Source: Ignavibacteriota bacterium
Lineage (GTDB): Bacteria; Bacteroidota; Ignavibacteria; UBA10030
Assembly: GCA_963701295.1 (NCBI GenBank)
Contig: OY969585.1
Span: forward strand, 3,200,001 to 3,264,000
Length of the DNA: 64,000 nt
Reading direction: 5' to 3'
Under the pieces are notes generated by a model. It had not been told where the DNA came from. It did not search any database and saw only the letters and a list, made by a program, of their open reading frames with translations. This document shows positions 53,068 to 61,364 of the stretch, in pieces. The translations under genes and the position numbers were made by a program. Positions within the stretch are counted from its first letter, which is position 1. The number at the start of each line of letters is the position of its first letter.

Positions 53068-53862
53068 TTAATTATTAAAACGCCAAGCAAGCCCAAATGC
53101 TACAAAGGAATCTGGCGCGATAGTATTCAAACCGACACCTGCAGAAATATCAATTTGCACATCGTCGTTGATCAAATAGGCGCAGCCCATATCGGCGCGA
53201 TAATCGGAAACGGAATTCTCTGTAGAAAATCCGTAAAACTCTGCGAAGACACTCAAACCTTCCATTACTGTCAGAGAAGGAGATATACTGTATACCGCAG
53301 TTGCGTTCGGCTGCTCGCCATCCCATTGAACTCCAAGATTATAACCAAGCGAAAGTTCCTCGCTCAGCGTGTTTTGCATCAAAAGGAAAAACGAGGGCGC
53401 TAAAAACGACGGCCTAAATTCTTTTCTTCCGATATACGGCAGTGTAAAAGCAACATTCATTGCAGTCTGCGGAACAATTCCTTTTTCAGGACATATCGCG
53501 ATTTTTGCTCCGACCGAAACAGGATTGAACCCTTGCATTGCGGACGATTGAAACCCGCTGTCGGTGCGTGTGCCGGCATATTCGACAACCACCCGCAGTT
53601 CGCAGTTTGTCATTAAGCCAACTCGCACCAGCGACGTATTGTAAAGCTCATTGATTGTTTGGACGCCGCCTGCGTTTTTGGTTTCCCGCGAGAACCCGGT
53701 TTCGAGTTGAACGGTACCTGAAGCAACAACATTGGGCGGATTCGTTTGTCCCGGCCTATCAGGCACTATCGGTCCGGGTGGTTGTAGTATTATCTGAAGG
53801 TATTGTGAATATACATCAACAGGCGCAAATAGTACAGCCGCAAGGAAACACAAGATTTTCAT
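53068..53862 (-). CDS. Outer-membrane 'transporter' (MetA-pathway / phenol-degradation-like barrel)
   Basis: Signal peptide, DRPGQT..P.VV..G.VQLETG, QIDISAGVGL, C-terminal WRF. Confidence 0.75.
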   Translation of the reverse strand: MKILCFLAAVLFAPVDVYSQYLQIILQPPGPIVPDRPGQTNPPNVVASGTVQLETGFSRETKNAGGVQTINELYNTSLVRVGLMTNCELRVVVEYAGTRTDSGFQSSAMQGFNPVSVGAKIAICPEKGIVPQTAMNVAFTLPYIGRKEFRPSFLAPSFFLLMQNTLSEELSLGYNLGVQWDGEQPNATAVYSISPSLTVMEGLSVFAEFYGFSTENSVSDYRADMGCAYLINDDVQIDISAGVGLNTIAPDSFVAFGLAWRFNN

Positions 53863-54156
53863 TCATCACTCGAGAATTGTTCGTTGTCTTCTAAATACTC
53901 CTAGGGATTTTCATAGTGCACTCTACTACCAGCAGCTGATAAATCTTTTCCCGTAATTACTCCATCATTCCAGATGTTTTTTCGAACAATATTTGAAAGA
54001 GCTGAAATAAAAGATGATCCCTTTTATTTAGTTTTAGCATCGGCATAGAAAAAGTGGCTTTGAAATCTGACGATAGCGGAGAGGGCATGCTCAAATCTCC
54101 AATACACTTCTCGCAAAAATAGTAGCGAGTTATCAGGCAAGAATCAAGGGAAAATA

Positions 54157-54190
54157 TTTGTAGATACGTTTAATGAAACGTCCCTACAAA
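54157..54190. repeat. GTAG-type REP-like hairpin
   Basis: TTTGTAGATACGTTT-aatg-AAACGTCCCTACAAA. Confidence 0.55.
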
Positions 54191-54198
54191 GACAATTC

Positions 54199-54297
54199 GC
54201 CATTGCAAAACATCCATAACATTTCTGAAGTAACTCACTTTTAGCAGATTGCCACGTCTCCCGATCGACTTCGTCGTTCGGAATCCTCGCAATGACA
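54199..54297. repeat. Degenerate second copy of the GTCATTGCGA/TCGCAATGAC element
   Basis: Right arm GCAGATTGCCACG...CTCGCAATGACA intact; left arm decayed (GCCATTGCAA..GAAGTAACTC). Confidence 0.6.
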
Positions 54298-54324
54298 TTT
54301 GCTTTTTTTTGCCTATCTTTTAGA

Positions 54325-54861
54325 ATGAGAAAATTTACACATGCTGAAATTTCCGAAAGAAGAATCCCGACAGAACATATCGAAAGTGCTTCCCGCATTC
54401 CGCTTGTAGTCCTGGTAGATAATATCCGGAGTCTATACAATGTCGGTTCCATATTTCGCACATCGGACGGCGTGATGATCGAGAAGCTCATTCTTGCCGG
54501 TTTCACACCTCACCCGCCTCGGAAAGAAATAGAAAAGACTGCGCTCGGCTCCACGAAAAGTGTTCCGTGGGAATATATAAAGCATCCAGTCGAAGCTATT
54601 CAAACTTTAAAAGAACGCGGCTATAAAATTTGCTGTTTAGAGTTGACGGATAAAAGCATTTCTCATTACGACATCAGAAAATCAGATTTTCCAATGTGCC
54701 TTGTTATCGGAAATGAAATCACCGGCGTGGCAAAAGAAGTGATTGAGTTATGCGACGTAGGGATTGAGATTCCGATGTTCGGAACGAAGCAGTCATTGAA
54801 TGTGGCGGTAGCATACGGGATTGCGGCGTTTGAGTTGGCGAAGATTTGGCGTAAAAGTTAA
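54325..54861 (+). CDS. SpoU/TrmH family RNA methyltransferase
   Basis: DNIRSLYNVGSIFRT, GNEITGV, IPMFGTKQSLNVA. Confidence 0.9.
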   Translation: MRKFTHAEISERRIPTEHIESASRIPLVVLVDNIRSLYNVGSIFRTSDGVMIEKLILAGFTPHPPRKEIEKTALGSTKSVPWEYIKHPVEAIQTLKERGYKICCLELTDKSISHYDIRKSDFPMCLVIGNEITGVAKEVIELCDVGIEIPMFGTKQSLNVAVAYGIAAFELAKIWRKS

Positions 54862-54863
54862 GT

Positions 54864-54909
54864 AACCTTGTCAAGGTTTCTCAGTTCAAACACAGCGACC
54901 TTGACAAGG
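54864..54909. repeat. CCTTGTCAAGG/CCTTGACAAGG palindromic element
   Basis: Perfect 12-bp inverted arms CCTTGTCAAGGT...ACCTTGACAAGG. Confidence 0.6.
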
Positions 54910-54918
54910 AACAGAAGT

Positions 54919-54972
54919 GCAGTAACGGTCATCTAATGAAATGTTCTCGTGTGATAATCTTCTTTCTCGTGC
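54919..54972 (-). pseudogene. Diverged duplicate of the 3' end and trailer of the AlbA_2 gene (55932-55985)
   Basis: HEKEDYHTRTFH* versus HEKEDYYTRAF*; 40/54 nt identical ungapped. Confidence 0.85.
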
Positions 54973-55012
54973 TTATGGAATTGCCGTATTCGAGCTGGAT
55001 AAATTCGCCTAA
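54971..55012 (+). pseudogene. Diverged duplicate of the 3' end of the TrmH gene (54811-54843)
   Basis: AYGIAVFELDKFA* versus AYGIAAFELAKIWRKS*; 9/11 aa identical, mostly synonymous nt changes. Confidence 0.8.
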
Positions 55013-55057
55013 TGGTGGGTTGGCTATTTTCGTCTTCAACTGATAGAGGAGAGTTCT

Positions 55058-55780
55058 ATGATCATCATAGGTATCGGAGCAGCGGCACTTGCCGCAACAC
55101 TTCTCGGAGGGCTCTTTGCTCTCAAATTCAAAGACAAACTGCACCTTATCACAGGATTCAGTGCTGGAGCAATCATCGGAGTTGCATTCTTCGATCTTCT
55201 ACCGGAAGCCATTGCGCTGCGAAATGATTATCAGGATATTTCCTTCATTGCGCTTATGATCAGCGCTGGTTTCCTGCTTTACATGATTTTAGACCGGATG
55301 ATCATTTTACATTCTCACCTTGACAACAATTGTGAAAATATCCGTCATCGCGGTAATCTCGGCGCTGGAAGTCTCTCGCTGCACAGTTTTCTTGATGGTG
55401 TGCTCATCGGTCTCGCGTTTCAGGTTTCCATGCCGCTTGGAGTGATTATTACCAGTGCTGTTCTCACGCATGATTTCTCCGACGGTATCAATACGGTTAC
55501 GATGATTATGAGAAGTGGCGGCGAGCGCCGTCAAGCAGGACGGTGGCTGGCTATTGATGCAGTCGCACCTGTAATCGGAATTACCACTACGCTTTTTTAT
55601 TCTGTTTCGAAGAGTACGCTCGGAACTGTTCTAGGAATCTTTTGCGGAAGTTTTCTCTATATCGGTGCAAGCGATTTGCTCCCGGAAAGTCACCATGCGC
55701 ATCCTAAATATTTAACAACTCTCCTGACTATACTCGGCATGGCACTGATGTATTTCGTTATTCAAGTTGCAAAGTTATAA
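55058..55780 (+). CDS. ZIP family metal transporter
   Basis: FDLLPEA, HSFLDG, HDFSDG, YIGASDLLPESHH. Confidence 0.88.
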   Translation: MIIIGIGAAALAATLLGGLFALKFKDKLHLITGFSAGAIIGVAFFDLLPEAIALRNDYQDISFIALMISAGFLLYMILDRMIILHSHLDNNCENIRHRGNLGAGSLSLHSFLDGVLIGLAFQVSMPLGVIITSAVLTHDFSDGINTVTMIMRSGGERRQAGRWLAIDAVAPVIGITTTLFYSVSKSTLGTVLGIFCGSFLYIGASDLLPESHHAHPKYLTTLLTILGMALMYFVIQVAKL

Positions 55781-55948
55781 ACGAAAACTATTTTGATTTT
55801 TTCGGTTATTATTGTTTCGTTCCATTTGTATCCCGGAACAATGCTATTAAATTCATCCTTCCGCTGGGAGATGATATTCTCCATACCGATCCACAATCTA
55901 AATTACTCATAAGGTGAAGAATAAACACATGGCAGTGATAGTCGTACT

Positions 55949-56599
55949 TTAAAACGCTCTTGTGTAATAATCCTCTTTCTCGTGCGTGTGAATCCGTAGC
56001 ACTCCAGCGCGCACAAGTTGAATGAGCGAACGTGAAGCGCGTCGATGGGAAACGTTCACCAACTTCATATACTGCTTTACGGTGATGCGTTCGTTCTCAT
56101 CTAAGAAATCAAACATGCGACGTTCATTATCGCCGATGGCAATGCGCAGAGGCGGCGCATCAGGATTTTCCGCCTGAAGAATATGCACAACTTCTTTGCT
56201 TGCTTCGACCGTCTTATCATTCACGCGAATGTAGACGCGCGTTCCTCCATTCTCTTCACCTTCGTCAACATTAAGATAGTGCGGTTTCTTATCGCTTTCT
56301 TCTACTGTCACAACAACTACGTCTCTTCCTTTGTAGGGAACGGTATCAATGTCTGGTTCTAATGGAGGATCACAATAGTAGCTTGCCGCTGTTTGAATCA
56401 TCTCCATTTGTTCCTTCTCGCTGCCGACTCCGACAATCGTCCGGTCATCATCAACACCGAAGAGCACAATTCCCCCTTTAGTGTTGGCAAACGACATCAA
56501 CGTCTTCGCAACTTTGATTGGAGTAGAGACTTTGCGCTTGAATTCCAATTCAAACCCTTCGCCTTCTTCTATCAATATTTTTAAGTCGTTCAATTTCAT
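55949..56599 (-). CDS. Schlafen/AlbA_2 domain protein with C-terminal winged helix
   Basis: GEGFELEFKR, SFANTKGG..LFGVDD, YIRVNDKT, HTH-like C-terminus. Confidence 0.85.
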   Translation of the reverse strand: MKLNDLKILIEEGEGFELEFKRKVSTPIKVAKTLMSFANTKGGIVLFGVDDDRTIVGVGSEKEQMEMIQTAASYYCDPPLEPDIDTVPYKGRDVVVVTVEESDKKPHYLNVDEGEENGGTRVYIRVNDKTVEASKEVVHILQAENPDAPPLRIAIGDNERRMFDFLDENERITVKQYMKLVNVSHRRASRSLIQLVRAGVLRIHTHEKEDYYTRAF

Positions 56600-56612
56600 A
56601 GTTTTGTACTCA

Positions 56613-57380
56613 CTACATTCCACGCGCTTCCATGCGATCAAGAATGAGCTTCGAGCGGCGAAGCACGTATTGAGAATCAACATCTGCACGGTGTTTGCGC
56701 GGGCTCGGAATGATCGCCGCTAAACGAGTGCATTCATCCTTGTTCAAATCGGAGGCACGTTTATCAAAATAATATTGCGATGCCGCTTCGATTCCATAGA
56801 CGCCATCACCCCATTCAATAACATTAAAATAAATTTCGAGGATACGTGATTTGCTCAACTGCTGTTCCATATACCATGTCAAAATCCATTCCTTTAACTT
56901 CCGTAACGGATTTTTTGATGATGACAGGTACAGATTTTTCACAAGTTGTTGCGTAATAGTACTTGCTCCTCGCGCCGCCCGCCCTTCTTCAAAATTCCTC
57001 TCGACGGATTCCTTGAACTCAAACCAGTCGAATCCATCATGCCACCAAAAAGTTCCATCCTCCGCCACAATGACGGCATCAACAGCATCCTGTGGAATCG
57101 ATTTGAGTGAAATCCAATTCTGCTTCCTGTGGAATGGCCGGTTTTCTTTTTTTGCCCGAGCTGCATACTCGCGCATGAATGCTGTCTCCCCAGGGTTCTT
57201 TATCTTCAACTGCTTTATATCACCATAAGGCAAAGAAATAATTTGAAGAAGAATAATGGCTACCAGCAGAATGACCGGCGATTTTATTGGATTGCGCTTA
57301 AGAAACTGAATGAAATCCGCAGTTAAGATACGTAAGCGTGATGCTGGTTGAACAGCCGGTTGTTGATTTATTTCTTCCAT
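56613..57380 (-). CDS. mtgA: Monofunctional peptidoglycan transglycosylase
   Basis: AEDGTF..H.GFD, RGASTITQQLVKNL, RKLKE, IEWG.GVYG. Confidence 0.92.
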   Translation of the reverse strand: MEEINQQPAVQPASRLRILTADFIQFLKRNPIKSPVILLVAIILLQIISLPYGDIKQLKIKNPGETAFMREYAARAKKENRPFHRKQNWISLKSIPQDAVDAVIVAEDGTFWWHDGFDWFEFKESVERNFEEGRAARGASTITQQLVKNLYLSSSKNPLRKLKEWILTWYMEQQLSKSRILEIYFNVIEWGDGVYGIEAASQYYFDKRASDLNKDECTRLAAIIPSPRKHRADVDSQYVLRRSKLILDRMEARGM

Positions 57381-57381
57381 A

Positions 57382-57831
57382 TTATGAGGAACGAGAATGC
57401 TTGATACTGTCTAAATATCCCTGCAGCATCACAGCTGCCGCCATCGAATCGATACGGCCATCCTTCTTCTGCCGTTCTTTCTTTTTCGTCCCCATAGTAT
57501 GCATTGTTTGATTGGCAATGGTGGTCGTGAAGCGTTCGTCCCACGTGAGTATTCCTATGCCGAGTTCTTCCTTTAAACGCCCGATGAACTTCTGCACCTC
57601 TTCTGCCTTCTGTGCTTTTTGTCCTTTGAGATTAAAGGGCATCCCAACAATGATCAGTGTAACATTCTCCCTTGCGGATACATGCTTGAGATTGGCAAAA
57701 AGTGATCCGTCATTTTTGAATGCTTCAATGGGCTGCGCAATGAGACCGAGCGGATCGCTTACTGATAAACCTACACGAACTGAACCGTAGTCGATACCGA
57801 GAATGCGCTGATACGATTTTATATCTTCCAC
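57382..57831 (-). CDS. ruvX: YqgF/RuvX family nuclease
   Basis: GIDYG..RVG.S.SD, VGMP, DERFTT, IDSMAA. Confidence 0.93.
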   Translation of the reverse strand: MEDIKSYQRILGIDYGSVRVGLSVSDPLGLIAQPIEAFKNDGSLFANLKHVSARENVTLIIVGMPFNLKGQKAQKAEEVQKFIGRLKEELGIGILTWDERFTTTIANQTMHTMGTKKKERQKKDGRIDSMAAAVMLQGYLDSIKHSRSS

Positions 57832-57845
57832 GTTGCTGCTTTCTC

Positions 57846-60029
57846 CTATCCTGAAAACCGTTCGACACTTTGGATGCCCGGGATACGCTTGATCTTTTCT
57901 ATGATCCGCGCAAGATGATCGGTGTCTTTTACATACAGGATAACTTTCCCATCAAAAAGCGAACCTCTTGAATCCATATTGACACTTCGAATATTTGTGT
58001 TTTGATATGTGGAAATGACATGCGTGATATCGCTCAAGAGTGCCGGACGATCTTCGCCTCCTATATGAATGCCTGTAATAAAATCTGCTCCGTTCGCCGG
58101 AGGCCAGCCAACATCCACCATGCGTGCGCTTTCTGCGAGCCGCAGCGAGATAATATTCTTGCAGTCTTTCCGGTGGATCTTAATACCCTCACCTGTCGTT
58201 ACAAAGCCGATGATATCATCACCAGGAATCGGATTGCAGCATTTCGCATATTGATGCATGAAGTTATCATTCATTCCTAAGATAGAAATGCCGCTGGTAA
58301 TATCCCGCGCCGTGTTGATGAATTTTGTGAAGAGCGTATCCGAATCCGGCACTTGTCCCGCATCTTCCGCTGCCGGATGTTTCAATCGAACAACATATTG
58401 CTCTACTACTGTATCGACATCGATATTCTGATGAGCGATTGCCAGATAAAATTCTTGTGCATCATTGAACTTGAGGGCATGAATAAATTTATCAAATTCC
58501 TCATTACTGATACTGATCTTTCGGCGTTTGATTTTTTTCTCCCACGTATCCCTTCCTTCGTCGGATTTTTTCCGGGATTCTTCACGAAAGAAACGGCGGA
58601 TATGAGATTTCGCTTTATGGGTAACGGCAAATTGCTCCCAATCCGGATTGGGTGTTTGATTCTTGGAAGAAATAATTTCGACTTGATCTCCGCTTCGTAA
58701 TTCGGTATTCAACGGAACAATACGCCCGTTCACTTTTGCACCAATGCAATGGTACCCAACACTGGAGTGAATTTCGAATGCAAAATCAATAGGAGTGGAA
58801 CTGCGTGGAAGGATTTTTAAATCACCTTTAGGAGTAAATACATAAATCTCATCCTGATACAGGTTCAGTTTGAAACTCTCCAATAATTCTTTTGGAGTTT
58901 CATCATTCTTTTGTTCGAAGATCTCTCGTACCCAATTGGTCCAGCTTTCTAAATCCTTATCAAAGGATGCATTACTTTCTTTATAGATCCAATGTGCGGC
59001 AACTCCTCGTTCAGCAATTTCATGCATTGCTTTTGTCCGGATCTGCACTTCTACCATTCTGCCATCCGGACCAATTACCGTAGTATGAATGGATTGGTAT
59101 CCGTTTTTTTTGGGAACTGAGATATAATCCTTGAATCGTTCAGGAATTGGTTTGTACAATTCTGTCACAATGCTATAGGCAATGAAACAATCGCTATTAT
59201 CCGTTGTATCGATAATAATGCGAACAGCAAATAAATCATAAATTTCTTCAATTGGTTTATTCCGCTTTAACATTTTATTGTAGATGCTGAAAATGTGCTT
59301 TGGCCTGCCGGACACTTCAAACGTTAAACCTTCTTCAAGGAGACGCTTTTTGATTGGTTGAACAAAACGATTGATATAATGCTCCCGTTCGCGCCGTTTT
59401 GAACGCAGCTGCCGAGCAATCTTTTCATATTCCTCTACGTGTAAGTGCTTGAATGATAGATCTTCCAATTCCCATTTAATCTGTGCCAAACCAAACCTGT
59501 GGGCAAAGGGTGCGTAGATATCGAGAGTTTCTTTCGCAAGACGAAGGCGTTTTTCCGGAGGAAGATATTCAAGCGTGCGCATATTGTGGAGACGGTCGGC
59601 AAACTTTATGAGAATCACGCGAATATCGTTCACCATCGAGAGCAGCAGCTTACGATAGCTTTCAGCCTGTGTCACTTCATGACTTTCGAAGATGTCGGTA
59701 ATTTTGGTTGCACCATCGACGATATCTGCTATTGCATCACCGAACTCTGCCCGGATGTCCTTCAACTCAAAATCTGTGTCTTCCACAACATCATGCAGAA
59801 GTGCACTCGCAATAGATACATCATCCAAAGCGATTTCCTTTGCCACGACCATCGCCACTTCATACGGGTGCAAGAAATAAGGTTCGCCCGAAGCACGCAA
59901 GTTATTTTTGTGCGCTTCGAGGCTCAATGTAAACGCTCGTGTAATTAAATCCTCGTTTACCGAACGGAGATTTTTTCGGCAAACACTCAGGAGATCATCT
60001 AGTTTCTTTTTGTACCTGCTATCGATCAT
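57846..60029 (-). CDS. rel: Bifunctional (p)ppGpp synthetase/hydrolase
   Basis: RASGEPY, LLHDVVED, ADRLHNMRT, YQSIHT, TGS (VFTPKG), CCNP, ACT. Confidence 0.96.
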   Translation of the reverse strand: MIDSRYKKKLDDLLSVCRKNLRSVNEDLITRAFTLSLEAHKNNLRASGEPYFLHPYEVAMVVAKEIALDDVSIASALLHDVVEDTDFELKDIRAEFGDAIADIVDGATKITDIFESHEVTQAESYRKLLLSMVNDIRVILIKFADRLHNMRTLEYLPPEKRLRLAKETLDIYAPFAHRFGLAQIKWELEDLSFKHLHVEEYEKIARQLRSKRREREHYINRFVQPIKKRLLEEGLTFEVSGRPKHIFSIYNKMLKRNKPIEEIYDLFAVRIIIDTTDNSDCFIAYSIVTELYKPIPERFKDYISVPKKNGYQSIHTTVIGPDGRMVEVQIRTKAMHEIAERGVAAHWIYKESNASFDKDLESWTNWVREIFEQKNDETPKELLESFKLNLYQDEIYVFTPKGDLKILPRSSTPIDFAFEIHSSVGYHCIGAKVNGRIVPLNTELRSGDQVEIISSKNQTPNPDWEQFAVTHKAKSHIRRFFREESRKKSDEGRDTWEKKIKRRKISISNEEFDKFIHALKFNDAQEFYLAIAHQNIDVDTVVEQYVVRLKHPAAEDAGQVPDSDTLFTKFINTARDITSGISILGMNDNFMHQYAKCCNPIPGDDIIGFVTTGEGIKIHRKDCKNIISLRLAESARMVDVGWPPANGADFITGIHIGGEDRPALLSDITHVISTYQNTNIRSVNMDSRGSLFDGKVILYVKDTDHLARIIEKIKRIPGIQSVERFSG

Positions 60030-60052
60030 ATACGATTTCTATACTACAAAAG

Positions 60053-60080
60053 AATATACGGATTCCCCGCCGAATGTCAA
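60053..60080 (-). promoter_or_regulatory. Sigma70-type promoter of the rel operon
   Basis: TTGACA-N16-TATATT. Confidence 0.65.
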
Positions 60081-60106
60081 GACTGAAAGAATGGATAGCA
60101 CCTGCT

Positions 60107-61138
60107 CTATTTTGCTGCAGCAAGCTTGTTTTCGATTGCAGAGAGCAGTAACCGAGTTTCTTCAAATTTTGCTTGAGCACGAGACCTAAGATTATCTGGA
60201 AATGAGATCTTCTCATAAGAAAGGATTTTACCGAGATGCTCTGTAAATATTGTCGTATCACCTACTGCAAGCATGGACTTGACAAGATTCAATCGGCAGA
60301 CTATCTCATTGTACGGGTGGGGTGCCTGAACATGCAAAATGTTCTCTAGAAGATTCGCATATGCTGGTACAGCATCAGAATATTTTTTCTGTCTATCGAG
60401 AGCTGTCGCAAGTCCCCACAAGAAGACTCTATTTTCCGGATAGGAGTTCAATCCGCGTCGTGACCATTCTTCTGCTTGTTGATAGTTTTCGGCATCGAGA
60501 TAAATGGACACCAGTGCGCTCATTGCAGTGAAGCGATTATATACTGAACGCTCTGCACCAACTCTCAACATTCTTATGCCAAGTTCACGATTGTCTTTGA
60601 CAAATGGCAGCCACCGAATAAACGCTGTCTTCCGGCTGCTCCAATAATCATATGTGCCGATACCGACATATGCATCATAGAATGAAGAGTCCTTTTCTAC
60701 TATTTCTTCAAACTCTGATACCGATGCCATGGCCTTCCGTACTCCGCCCAGCCAATCTCCGCTTTCTACTCGTTCGTATGCAACATAGCCATCCGCTGTA
60801 CTAAGGAAATATTCTCGCCATGGTGAAGACACACCAGATGCTGCATTTCTTCCGCATTCAAGCAGTGAATCAAATTTTTCTCTCTCTATGGGTACATCAA
60901 AATCGATTGCATAAGCCTGCATAACTGCTGCTCGGTAAAGAAAACCGACAGGATGATTGGGATAGCGATTGATAACATTACAAAATACAGAATCTGCTTT
61001 CCCATATTCCTGTTTCAAAATATAATCGATCCCTTTGACAACGGAGGAATCAAGCGAAAGTTCTAGTTTCCCTTGTGCGAGGGAATTCATCAAACCAAAA
61101 ATAAGTGTCAGTATACTGAAAGGAATTATTTTTTTCAA
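60107..61138 (-). CDS. Secreted TPR protein (TTC39/DUF3808-like)
   Basis: Signal peptide, YPNHPVG, YDAYVGIGTYDYW, ELGIRML. Confidence 0.7.
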   Translation of the reverse strand: MKKIIPFSILTLIFGLMNSLAQGKLELSLDSSVVKGIDYILKQEYGKADSVFCNVINRYPNHPVGFLYRAAVMQAYAIDFDVPIEREKFDSLLECGRNAASGVSSPWREYFLSTADGYVAYERVESGDWLGGVRKAMASVSEFEEIVEKDSSFYDAYVGIGTYDYWSSRKTAFIRWLPFVKDNRELGIRMLRVGAERSVYNRFTAMSALVSIYLDAENYQQAEEWSRRGLNSYPENRVFLWGLATALDRQKKYSDAVPAYANLLENILHVQAPHPYNEIVCRLNLVKSMLAVGDTTIFTEHLGKILSYEKISFPDNLRSRAQAKFEETRLLLSAIENKLAAAK

Positions 61139-61143
61139 ATCAT

Positions 61144-61319
61144 TTACTCCGTCCCGAACATTCTATCTCCTGCATCTCCAAGGTCCAGAAGAATGTTTCC
61201 GCGATTGTTGAGTTCGCGGTCAAGAGTACAACTAGAAGGTTCCTTGATGTTTTTTTATTCCGGAGTATTGTCAAATCACGTTTAACAAGAGGATGATCAA
61301 TAATAATTAAATTCTTCAT
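61144..61319 (-). pseudogene. upp: Uracil phosphoribosyltransferase remnant (large internal deletion)
   Basis: MKNLIIIDHPLVKRDLTILRNKKT joined out of frame to CTLDRELNNRGNILLDLGDAGDRMFGTE*. Confidence 0.88.
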
Positions 61320-61364
61320 AGATATTCCTTCACCATATCGTTTTCTTAACGAAAGGGCATTGCT

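Noticed and set aside
53863-54150. Possible decayed ORF upstream of the barrel 'transporter' gene
   Set aside because: Interrupted by stops and not assignable by eye
54930-55057. Metal-sensing riboswitch upstream of the ZIP gene
   Set aside because: No yybP-ykoY, NiCo or fluoride consensus recognised; most of the stretch is explained by duplicated gene ends
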